The position numbers and the translations under genes were made by a program. 64,000 bases of DNA from Giardia intestinalis (taxonomy: Eukaryota), in the NCBI GenBank assembly GCA_000002435.2, contig CM018791.1; one strand, written 5' to 3'. The notes under the pieces are model-generated. The model did no database searches and was not told the origin of the DNA. It saw only the letters and a program-made list of their open reading frames with translations. Shown piece by piece: positions 18,175 to 27,287 of this stretch (the first letter of the stretch is position 1; each line of letters starts with the position of its first letter).

Positions 18175-21100
18175 CTATGACATAGAATCCCTTATCTCTA
18201 TCAACGCTTTGAGGCTCCCACTTGGCTCCACAAGACTCTGCGCGACTGCATGGGCAATGTCGTCCACAATGGCTGGGCTTCCACGGGGCTCTTTCCCAAT
18301 CTCCTCTTTCTCTCCTTTCACTGTATAATTAAAATAGTACGTAAATAATTTAACAATGCAATCTGCCAGGCATGCGAACAAATCATAAACAAATGTATGA
18401 AGAAGAGTCTCCCCGCCAGTGCTGTCAAGAAGTAAGATCCTTTGATACTGATGGACAGTATAGTTGGAGAAGTGTCGGATAACTGTGCCTACAGCCGAAG
18501 AGCTTTTGTGCTTGCAAAGAGGGAGCTTGATGAGTATGTAGACCAGAAAGAAAAGCCTTAATAGAGTGTCGTGCCAATCACCCTCATCGTGCTCAATAGG
18601 CAACTCCAGGCAACTGAGGGCGGTGGAGATAAATAGAGCATCAGCATCTCTCTGCTTAGGCACCCCGATTGCATCAATTTCAAGAAACAGAAGATTATAT
18701 AAATCTGTAACTACTGCCATGGGAACCTGGATGGATTGAAGAATGGCTTCCACCTGATCCTTGCCTGCAATACTTTGCACAAGGGCCTTCCACTCGTCAG
18801 TTGTAAAGAGTAGTTGCAACGCCTTCTCAACAGCAACAACACACATGACCTGCTTAAAAACCGTTAGAGATAGAGTAAGAGTATCTAAGACATCTTCGTA
18901 GACGATGATCATCGCTGAGGGCTTATTGTGTGCATAGCATGCTGTGAGCTGAAATGCCAAAAGGTTTGGTACTATGCCTTCAGGAAGCATGAGCTTGCTC
19001 GCAATAATCTGACGCACACAGTAAAGGACGTGCACGATGGTCTTTGTAGTTATACTGCTGTCGTCTGATGAGGAGGGGAAGAGGCCTCTAAAGTAATACC
19101 TACCGAGGATTATGTGGCAGTATGGTAGTATTGTATGCACAAAGCGTTTATGGATGTGCAGACGTCTCTCCTCCACCTTGGCAGAAATGTACACACCCAC
19201 TAGCGGTCGTTCATGGTCTGTCGTGGAAGACGGTGACTTCAATGTAGAGACTGACAATGATGCCAGAGAGATTTTGGAGTCTGAATCTGTATCCTCTGAT
19301 ACAATGGAGGAGCAAACGCTAGAAGCAATATCGTCTGTGCTGAAGGTACCAAAGAACTTCCCTGTGGCATAGAAAAGTGCATCTGCGATCAATGGATGCA
19401 GTGAGGGCTGAGAGCAATCTGCTTTTAGGGTAGCGAGCATTGCAGTAGCGTCGTCAGTAGATTGGATGACCATAAGGGGAAGCGCACCCAAAAGGGTATA
19501 TTGACACACAGCTAGGAAGTGAGTCAGGTCTGGTGCCGCCATTCTAACTGTTACTAAAAGGCGAAGAACATAGGATGTTGGGGTGGAGTAAGCGATAGGC
19601 ACCCCGTCTTCTGTCGCCTTGTTGTGAAGGTGAGGAAGCAAGATCCTTATAAGTACAGCTCGAATATTCTCTTTACCTTTTTCACTGAACTGGGTGAAGC
19701 CCCGCGCCACAAGTGCCAAGAGGTATAAGTGCTTGGCAATAGACCGGGTAGTTGTGGAGGCCATGCTCATGTCATCATTCAGGTGGGCACAAATATAGGC
19801 TAACTCACTCGTCTCTTTTAAATATCCCGCTTGCACCAGCAACCTACTTGAGCTAACACAGGTTCTAGCGTATGCTTTACATAGTATGTGAAGGCTCTGT
19901 GCACCACTATGCGCAGACCCCCTATAGAATAGATCCCATCTAGCATACTGCGTAAGACACGAAACCACATGCTCAATAACGTGTACATCTGCTGCGTCGA
20001 TCATAAAGCAGAGTAGTGACATGATGCTGCTGTACTGATCAAGCAGATTTCCCGCTGTCATATGTACACCGGAACCACTCAGCTCTTTACCCTTCTCTGC
20101 ACCAAAGAGACAATGGATATGTATCCTTGCTCCCAGAGCGATGACACGGAAAGCGTATGTTTGGAAAAGTTTTCTATGCTCATCGCTTGCAATGTATGCT
20201 TCAATCCATGCTGCAGCAGACTCTGTCAGTACTGTACACTGGAGAATGTTTGGAAGAATGTCTGTAAGCATGCGTGTAATAGATAGGAGCATATTTGCAG
20301 CAGAATCTGCAGAGCAAGTAGTGGTATCAAGGCCGCGTCTAGTTTGCCGCACAAACCTTGCCTTGGGTCGCAAAACCTCAGAGCGGTTAGGCTTGCCATA
20401 AAGCGGTACGGCTTTGCATTTGACCTTCGGCTCTAGCTCAATAGGAACGTCTGTGTTGTTCCTGTTTATTAAATTGCAGGGGCACTGATCTTTCTGAGAA
20501 ACACAGAGAGGCACTACATCATCTCGGTTATCACCTAGCTCATCTGCCAGGATGATAGACAATCCGCAGAAATTAAAAAAGATAAGTGCCAGTGTAGTAT
20601 CTGAAAAGTGAGAAAATAGAATAGCATCGGCTGAAGCGCTTGCTTGATCGTGACAATTGGCAGTGCACTTGGGAAAGTTGAAGAGAAACCCGTGCAGGCG
20701 TCTCAGCACTTCTCGTTGGAGGTCTCGTAAAATTACTCTGTGCTGATCTCCTAGACTGAGCACAGCGCGGAAGAAGGAACTAAGTCTATTCTCATTTTGA
20801 CTTGTAATGCAAATCAGAAGGCCTGCAGACCTGTTAATACTATTATTACCGTGTTTCCACACTGTCCCGATGGGTGGGAGGGTCGCGCGCATGGCTGGCA
20901 GAAGTATGGAGGTTATCCCCACGGCCACTGTGCTATCTCTAGTGAAGATCACTATGCTCATTATCACGGTCATGATGGTGTTAAGCTGCACGGCCAGAGA
21001 TGCTACGGATACTTGTGACTCTACGTAGTAGCGGTCAACCAAGAGCACAAACAATTGAACGACAGACTTTATCAAGGCAAGCGATCCTGTTGTTCTGAGC

Positions 21101-23205
21101 AGATCCTTCAGCTTTGGCAGGAGGCCTAGCTTAACGATATAGTCCGGAAGAAACCGGCCGTTCTGAATGGGTTCTGCAAGAGATGTTAAGGATGCATCGA
21201 GAAGAGAAACAGACGGGCTTACGCTGCTAATCGTCCCGATGTAGATGTCCAGCAAGCAAGAGTCAATGTCCTGTAAGAGGCCTGTTGAAGTATCTAATGA
21301 TACGGAAGCGTCCGCGTGATTATTCTTAGCCAATTGTAATGCACCGGAGAGACGACTAAGCAAAGATATAATGTGAATTTGCAACTGAACATTCTTGGAG
21401 ATAATGGAGAAGAAAGACAAGAAGAAACTAAGCAGCTGGGAGCTGCACTGTTTGGCCTGCGTAGAAGAGTCATCACGCAAGGCAAGAAGAAATATAAATC
21501 CTAGCATGTCGAGCATCAGACGAATAAACGTTGTAATTGCTTGATTAGATAATTGAGCGCTACATTGTCTGTCACAGAAAGAAACAATTATTGGAGGCAG
21601 GTCTCTCCATAACACAGAGGCACCACTAGATAACAGTGCCAATTCGAACATATACTGATATGAAAGAGCGGTAAGGCCAGCCAGAGAATCCTTCATGGAA
21701 GTCTTCTGATTGGTAATGATTGCCAGCTGTTGCAGGAGTGTCTGGAGGACCACTTTTGGATGGACCGTGTGAGAGTTTTGAAAACTATTAGATGATATTA
21801 GTGTGAGAAGCTTTGTTAGCACAAGTAAAACAGGTGGGGGTTTGAAAGTAGCTTTTGGCAAAACGACAGTTCGATAAAGGAGTAGGGGCTTATATAACTC
21901 ATCTTTAACACTCACTGTTACGTCCACTGCGTGCTCTAAGATGCTCTGGATCAGCTGCTCTGCGGAAGACCTGCTTATGGTGGAATTCTTGGTACCAGCG
22001 GTGAATGGATTGAAAAGAACCTCCAGCAGAAGCATAGCCGCCTGATCATCTTCCAAGAGTAAGGAGAATATTGACGTGGCATCCGTGCACACAATTGAAG
22101 GAGTGTTTTTGTTGCCAAGAATATCTAGCAAAAGGTGAAGCTGACGATTCAGTAAGTCACAGCTGATATCTGCGATGAAGTAACGCTCATATAAAACGTC
22201 CAAAGAACGGGTTCCCAGGATTACCTGACAGGCACTGGAATAAAACATTTGAAGAGACTTAACGGCAATCTCCAATAGGGCTGACTGTTCGTCAGGGGGG
22301 CAGACAGCATTCTCAGTGTCACCAAAGATGAGCACAAGGGAATCGGTGTACTGAAGTAGCAGAGACTCGGCCTCCCTTGTCGTAAAGGTTGGTAAGAGTG
22401 GCTGATTCGCCGCAGCCTCCTGTTGCCTGAGCTGTACGTATAGCTCCATAGAAACAGAAAGATGTAAAAGATCTATAGATACAATTTTGGCTTGCAACGA
22501 TATGTTAAGTCCATCAAACACATCCTTTTCGTCCTGCTGGTGAGGATCAAGAAGGGGTTTCCACTGTGTTTGTGATAATGTTGAAGGACGATGCTGGACT
22601 ATCTCTTTCCGCAAAGATATAAGGTCTTGGAAAATCACCGTGAGTTGACTAGCAATCAAGGTCTGACTCCATTGTGAAGACACGAGCATGTCACGTACAG
22701 AGTCGATAGCATCTTCTAAGCGTTGAGCGAGAGCCTTTGGACCGCAGACCTTATTCTCTTCGGAAGTGAACCTGAAGGTAGGGGTGTCGTATTCTGTCTC
22801 GCTAAGGACAGCAATTGATACGTCGGAAGTCTGAAACCAGGCTGGTCGATAGCTTATATGTAAAGACGAGTCTTGAAGGGATACCTCAACGCGAGGTGGA
22901 GGTTGCTGTAACGCTTGAGTGCACGGTTGAAGAATTTGTGCATTCAATAGAAGGGTGCTGATGGGATCATTATCTACGTTAGCAGGTGCATGAAGTATAT
23001 ATGGCAGTGTCTGTGCAAATCTTTTCAAGCTTCCAAGGGACTGTGCAACTTGCTTGCAGCCAGCCGATACGGCTCCAGTTGGAGAGCGAGCAACGCACTC
23101 TGGAATAGGCACACTGCAGAGGGCGGGCAGGCGCAACATAGAGATTCGAGCAGGAGCCCGCAGAATAGTATCCCTACCATACACTACATTTTTAAGTATT
23201 AGCAT
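18175..23205 (-). CDS. very large hypothetical protein (about 1676 aa), likely an alpha-helical repeat architecture
   Basis: Uninterrupted ORF. The track start is a GTG at 23211 and the ATG is at 23205 (MLILKNVVYG...). I recognise no catalytic motifs. The leucine-rich, helix-prone composition is typical of HEAT/ARM-like scaffolds. Confidence 0.55.
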   Translation of the reverse strand: MLILKNVVYGRDTILRAPARISMLRLPALCSVPIPECVARSPTGAVSAGCKQVAQSLGSLKRFAQTLPYILHAPANVDNDPISTLLLNAQILQPCTQALQQPPPRVEVSLQDSSLHISYRPAWFQTSDVSIAVLSETEYDTPTFRFTSEENKVCGPKALAQRLEDAIDSVRDMLVSSQWSQTLIASQLTVIFQDLISLRKEIVQHRPSTLSQTQWKPLLDPHQQDEKDVFDGLNISLQAKIVSIDLLHLSVSMELYVQLRQQEAAANQPLLPTFTTREAESLLLQYTDSLVLIFGDTENAVCPPDEQSALLEIAVKSLQMFYSSACQVILGTRSLDVLYERYFIADISCDLLNRQLHLLLDILGNKNTPSIVCTDATSIFSLLLEDDQAAMLLLEVLFNPFTAGTKNSTISRSSAEQLIQSILEHAVDVTVSVKDELYKPLLLYRTVVLPKATFKPPPVLLVLTKLLTLISSNSFQNSHTVHPKVVLQTLLQQLAIITNQKTSMKDSLAGLTALSYQYMFELALLSSGASVLWRDLPPIIVSFCDRQCSAQLSNQAITTFIRLMLDMLGFIFLLALRDDSSTQAKQCSSQLLSFFLSFFSIISKNVQLQIHIISLLSRLSGALQLAKNNHADASVSLDTSTGLLQDIDSCLLDIYIGTISSVSPSVSLLDASLTSLAEPIQNGRFLPDYIVKLGLLPKLKDLLRTTGSLALIKSVVQLFVLLVDRYYVESQVSVASLAVQLNTIMTVIMSIVIFTRDSTVAVGITSILLPAMRATLPPIGTVWKHGNNSINRSAGLLICITSQNENRLSSFFRAVLSLGDQHRVILRDLQREVLRRLHGFLFNFPKCTANCHDQASASADAILFSHFSDTTLALIFFNFCGLSIILADELGDNRDDVVPLCVSQKDQCPCNLINRNNTDVPIELEPKVKCKAVPLYGKPNRSEVLRPKARFVRQTRRGLDTTTCSADSAANMLLSITRMLTDILPNILQCTVLTESAAAWIEAYIASDEHRKLFQTYAFRVIALGARIHIHCLFGAEKGKELSGSGVHMTAGNLLDQYSSIMSLLCFMIDAADVHVIEHVVSCLTQYARWDLFYRGSAHSGAQSLHILCKAYARTCVSSSRLLVQAGYLKETSELAYICAHLNDDMSMASTTTRSIAKHLYLLALVARGFTQFSEKGKENIRAVLIRILLPHLHNKATEDGVPIAYSTPTSYVLRLLVTVRMAAPDLTHFLAVCQYTLLGALPLMVIQSTDDATAMLATLKADCSQPSLHPLIADALFYATGKFFGTFSTDDIASSVCSSIVSEDTDSDSKISLASLSVSTLKSPSSTTDHERPLVGVYISAKVEERRLHIHKRFVHTILPYCHIILGRYYFRGLFPSSSDDSSITTKTIVHVLYCVRQIIASKLMLPEGIVPNLLAFQLTACYAHNKPSAMIIVYEDVLDTLTLSLTVFKQVMCVVAVEKALQLLFTTDEWKALVQSIAGKDQVEAILQSIQVPMAVVTDLYNLLFLEIDAIGVPKQRDADALFISTALSCLELPIEHDEGDWHDTLLRLFFLVYILIKLPLCKHKSSSAVGTVIRHFSNYTVHQYQRILLLDSTGGETLLHTFVYDLFACLADCIVKLFTYYFNYTVKGEKEEIGKEPRGSPAIVDDIAHAVAQSLVEPSGSLKALIEIRDSMS

Positions 23206-23216
23206 TTTCACATTGG

Positions 23217-24905
23217 ATGGTCCTCTGGCTACTCCTCCTCGCGCTTACTACATCTGCATACCTCCCCAGCAGGATGCTCGTCCTGTACGACGGCCCGGAG
23301 ATCGCGTCTAAAGACCTCCAGCTCATCCTGACGGGTGCTCGGATTGCTTCTCGTTCGATGCGAATGGATGACCCTAAATTTAAACTTCCGAAGCTTGTAC
23401 TTGATGGAGTCCCCCAGTACTCTCATATAGCCATCATTGGTCGGGGGAACCATCTGACTGCAGAAAATTATAATGAGCTGCTTAAATATGTGGAGGGAAC
23501 ACTCGATCCATACAGCTCCAAGTTGACGGAGGACGAGAGAATGATTCTTCCGACGTCTAGCAGCGATAGATGGACCACAGCGATGAAGTATCCTACAGAG
23601 TATGTCTATAAAGGCATCTTTGAGCCGCTGCCAGGAGCATCTATTGCAATATTCACCGACGCACATGCTTGCCAGAGGCTTCTCAACCTACTTAAAAACC
23701 TGGGTATGAAGGCCATTAGGAGCACCTCTTCTGAAATGGGGGCCCTCAAGCTCAGCACGGCTTTGAAGGAGAAGCTGTCTCGTGGGGAACAATCTGGGTG
23801 TGACATTATAGGTGACGTCAGCTATAAGCCTCTAAAACAGCCTTTGTCAGATATACTCTCATTTACCCCCAACTTCCTTTCAGATGTACAGAAGGCACAT
23901 GAAATATTCACATTTGAGAGCTCCTCCCGTGAGCTGACCGCAGGACTGGTCTGGCAAGGCCTTGAGAACAATGCCCGGGTGATTGCGATAGGCTTTCTCG
24001 GTGCCTTGGCTGACACGACCATGATGATGAGCAATGCTTCTTCAGAGCAATACTTTAAGGAGTGGAATGCTAAAGAGGGAACAAACCGCAGCATATATGA
24101 ATACAGCACCCTTCCCGAAGGCTCTATCCAGGCATTCTATCAGCTAAGTCGCTGGTTTGGGTTTGCAAAGTGCATGTTACGCGTTTCTGTTCTAGATGCG
24201 CGGCCAGTTCAAGACCCATCAGGATGTGACAACACTGTTCCGGCTCAGCACGGGGAAGCTCATGGAAACACAGCTGTGGTTGAAGGAAACCTTGTCCACT
24301 ACATTGTCAAGATAGAGGAGCTAGTTAATAATACGCTTTGGAGACCTTATGTCCCCAAAAAGACTGCGGTACGTCTGGACGAACTAGTGACAAACAACGC
24401 CCGTCGCCATCCAGAAGACTATGGCCTGTTTCCGTCTGAAACACGGCAAATCAAAAAGCAAATATCAGCGCTGTCTAGCGGCCTGTATAGCAGGTGTCTT
24501 CAATCCGCCCGCAAGGACTTGATCAATCAGACACAGGACATTACCGTGACGGACGCTCTTTCCTCCATATACACAGACATACAACTGCATGAGTCCATCA
24601 TGGGTACTTTAATATCTATGAATTTAGCCCTGCTGGACGAGAAGAAAGGTCTCTTTGATTTGGTGATCGTTCCAGATCTGGTTAGGTCCTACCACATGAG
24701 ATTAGATTACAATGTTCCTGGATATAATAGAATCAAGCTCATCCACCACCTGCACGTGAACATGGACCGCACAGATGCTTTCTATAAACACTATGCCGAT
24801 TGGCCTCTGTTTGTGGGGCTGGGGTGTGTACTTCTATTGGCCGTGTACGCAGGAATACTGCTTCTCACACACAAGGAAACGCGTACGGAAGAAAAGGAAG
24901 AGTAA
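23217..24905 (+). CDS. OST48/WBP1-like type I membrane protein (candidate oligosaccharyltransferase 48-kDa subunit)
   Basis: It has an N-terminal signal peptide (MVLWLLLLALTTSAYLPS) and a single C-terminal TM (LFVGLGCVLLLAVYAGILLL) followed by a short K/E-rich tail (THKETRTEEKEE). RMLVLYDG matches yeast Wbp1 RTLVLYDQ. LSRWFGFAKCMLRV matches human LSRWVFKEEGVLRV. RLDYNVPGYN matches human VDYNRLGY and yeast DYRKIGL. The KE-rich end matches human ...HMKEKEKSD. All comparisons are from memory of those sequences. Confidence 0.6.
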   Translation: MVLWLLLLALTTSAYLPSRMLVLYDGPEIASKDLQLILTGARIASRSMRMDDPKFKLPKLVLDGVPQYSHIAIIGRGNHLTAENYNELLKYVEGTLDPYSSKLTEDERMILPTSSSDRWTTAMKYPTEYVYKGIFEPLPGASIAIFTDAHACQRLLNLLKNLGMKAIRSTSSEMGALKLSTALKEKLSRGEQSGCDIIGDVSYKPLKQPLSDILSFTPNFLSDVQKAHEIFTFESSSRELTAGLVWQGLENNARVIAIGFLGALADTTMMMSNASSEQYFKEWNAKEGTNRSIYEYSTLPEGSIQAFYQLSRWFGFAKCMLRVSVLDARPVQDPSGCDNTVPAQHGEAHGNTAVVEGNLVHYIVKIEELVNNTLWRPYVPKKTAVRLDELVTNNARRHPEDYGLFPSETRQIKKQISALSSGLYSRCLQSARKDLINQTQDITVTDALSSIYTDIQLHESIMGTLISMNLALLDEKKGLFDLVIVPDLVRSYHMRLDYNVPGYNRIKLIHHLHVNMDRTDAFYKHYADWPLFVGLGCVLLLAVYAGILLLTHKETRTEEKEE

Positions 24906-24908
24906 AAT

Positions 24909-27287
24909 CTATCGTTTGACATTTCTCCGGAAGCTCAGTTTGGTAGTCTGCGACTCCGCCTTGGGGATCTCTTTAGAGACCTGGGAGACGACCTCAAGTG
25001 GTGTACCAATTGCTAGCCATCTGTTGAGTTTGATCATGCGCTCACTAACTTCTGTACAGCAAATGGCAGTGGCTTTGTTGGCTATTATAATGCTGTGGTT
25101 GTACACTAAGAAATTACTCGTGGTGCCTGTACATGAGGACTTGCCAGAAGGATTCACAATAGCTCCAGAGAAGAGTGTGCGAAAGCCGCTGCTGGTACGT
25201 TGAGCAACTGTCATGTGACTCGTCAGTGCAAGGCATAGTTTGATAATGTCCCCGGTCTCCGCAGCCAGGGACGTGTCGGACATAAGGTCTGGAAGCTGCA
25301 CGTATGAGCGTAGAAACTCAAATAGGGTATCTTTATGGAGCTTGAGGATCTTGTCCAAGACATCCTCCAGTTGACGAGCAACCTGATTAGCCTGGTGGTA
25401 GCTCTGGGAAGCCATACCTGTCTTTGGCAGTGGACCCACTAGAGCATATAGGAGAGAAAGGTGATCTGACCCCTGACAAAGAAGTGGCGCGCTGCTGGCA
25501 CCTAGCAAATCATCCCAGCCAACCTCAAGGCCTGCAGCAATCAGACAGGCCTCTCTCTGAACACCGTAATAGTATGCAACCATTAAGAAGAGCGCAGTCC
25601 TGGGAGAAACAGGTAACAGCGTGGCAGCAAGACCAGCTACCGAAATGCACAGTGTTGGTTTATGTGTAACTGAAGATGACCTGGCCGTCGTCAAGAGGTA
25701 AGTATAGTACAGTATCTGCTTAGTTAATGAGAGCTTAGCAGAGTCTACTAGATCAAGTAGATCGGTAGTCTCGAGACAGAATGAAAACGATGGAAAAGAC
25801 TCCTTGAATCGCTGCGAAAACGACTGCAGCATCAGATATATGTGATCTATGGGCTCGAACTGGAGCGATGAATGTGGATTGATAAGCATCTCGTTCTCAG
25901 CGACATACTTTGGATAGAGGAAGATGCATGTGCCGTGCTGAGTGCGCCCAACACGCCCTCTCCGCTGCATGTGCGATGACATGGTGATGGGTACAACCAC
26001 CAATACGCTTGTGCTGTGCTCAGGAAGATACACCATCCGCTTTTGAAGGCCCGAGTCAATCACATACCTGATTCCAGGGATTGTCACGGAGGTTTCTGCT
26101 ACATTGGTGGCCAAGATGATCCTTCGCCTGCCAGTAATTGGGCTGAAAGGATACATAGCTTGCTGAGCAGGGATTTTGGAGTGGAATGGGATGACTACCC
26201 ATGGCCTCCCACCCTGCTTTCCAGCCCCTAACACTGACAGTCGCTCCCATAGAAGGGCAAGGCAAACTGCTATGTCATCTGCACCGGAAAGAAACACCAA
26301 GATTCCATCATCCAGGGAGGTATTAGTGGTATGCAAGGTGACAATCTCGTCAACAATCTGCAAAATGTAGTCCTCTCTGCATGGTTGGAAGGATACGTCT
26401 GTTGAATACTGTGGATTGTCTAGTGAGATGGATGTAGAGGCAGTGTATCGACGAACATATTGCAGCAGCTGGACCTCATCCAAGGTTGCAGACATCAAGA
26501 TCACATGTACCCTAGGGTTGTACCTGATCACACGAAGCACTATAGCTAGAAGTAGAATCTGGTTACTGGAGCGCTCGTGGATTTCGTCCAGAATAAGATA
26601 TGATACGTTTAGCAAACATGGGTCATCCAAGAGGTATTGCAGGGTGACACCATCCGTCTGGTAGATCAGCTTGGTCTCAGGCGTAACCGTTGATTGAAAT
26701 CGGACCGCGTATGCAACAGCCTGACGAAGATTGCCCGGTAAAGCTTGCTGCTGGTATCCTGCAAGACTGATAGCAGCCACTCTGCGTGGCTCAGAGACGA
26801 TGATCCTTCCTTGTGGCTCGGTACTAAGCAAGGCAGCTGGAATACAGGTTGACTTACCAGAGCCAGTCGCCCCCTTAACAAGAACCACTTGGTTGGAAGC
26901 CAGCGCTTTTTGCAATGACGCGAAGTAGGTCCAATCCTTACCCAGCTGTGGGCCGCAGGAAAGACTTTTAACGGCCCGCACAGAGGAGGAGAGCGTACTA
27001 TTCTTACAAAGGTCTGCCAAGAGTTGCATGTTCTTGCTATAATATCGCTGTACTTTCTCTCCAAGTGCTGAAGCGTGTTGGTCAACTACGGAGCGCGAGT
27101 GTATTGACCTTTTGAGGAGCACTGATCCTGGGTCACGTATCACTTGAAGGTCGAGGTTGTGCAGTGAAAGAGACGTGTGCTCTTCCTCAAAAAGCTCATG
27201 GTCACGAATGAACTGAACGCACGGCCTCATGAGTCTGTTAAATAAAACAGGATTTGGTGAGACATGGCTCGTCCACATACCGCTCAT
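24909..27287 (-). CDS. DEAH-box ATP-dependent RNA helicase
   Basis: Motifs present: motif I GATGSGKST; motif II LILDEIHERS; motif III SATL; FLSGADDI; ATNVAETSVTIPGIRYVIDSG; motif VI QRRGRVGRTQHG. ATG at 27287. Its first 8 codons overlap, on the opposite strand, the start of the 27264 ORF. Confidence 0.85.
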   Translation of the reverse strand: MSGMWTSHVSPNPVLFNRLMRPCVQFIRDHELFEEEHTSLSLHNLDLQVIRDPGSVLLKRSIHSRSVVDQHASALGEKVQRYYSKNMQLLADLCKNSTLSSSVRAVKSLSCGPQLGKDWTYFASLQKALASNQVVLVKGATGSGKSTCIPAALLSTEPQGRIIVSEPRRVAAISLAGYQQQALPGNLRQAVAYAVRFQSTVTPETKLIYQTDGVTLQYLLDDPCLLNVSYLILDEIHERSSNQILLLAIVLRVIRYNPRVHVILMSATLDEVQLLQYVRRYTASTSISLDNPQYSTDVSFQPCREDYILQIVDEIVTLHTTNTSLDDGILVFLSGADDIAVCLALLWERLSVLGAGKQGGRPWVVIPFHSKIPAQQAMYPFSPITGRRRIILATNVAETSVTIPGIRYVIDSGLQKRMVYLPEHSTSVLVVVPITMSSHMQRRGRVGRTQHGTCIFLYPKYVAENEMLINPHSSLQFEPIDHIYLMLQSFSQRFKESFPSFSFCLETTDLLDLVDSAKLSLTKQILYYTYLLTTARSSSVTHKPTLCISVAGLAATLLPVSPRTALFLMVAYYYGVQREACLIAAGLEVGWDDLLGASSAPLLCQGSDHLSLLYALVGPLPKTGMASQSYHQANQVARQLEDVLDKILKLHKDTLFEFLRSYVQLPDLMSDTSLAAETGDIIKLCLALTSHMTVAQRTSSGFRTLFSGAIVNPSGKSSCTGTTSNFLVYNHSIIIANKATAICCTEVSERMIKLNRWLAIGTPLEVVSQVSKEIPKAESQTTKLSFRRNVKR

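Noticed and set aside
23229-24109. Minus-strand ORFs of 66 to 145 aa inside the OST48-like gene
   Set aside because: They are antisense to a well-supported coding region, with no motifs. The longest (145 aa) begins inside the partner coding region and ends within 12 bp of the divergent promoter.
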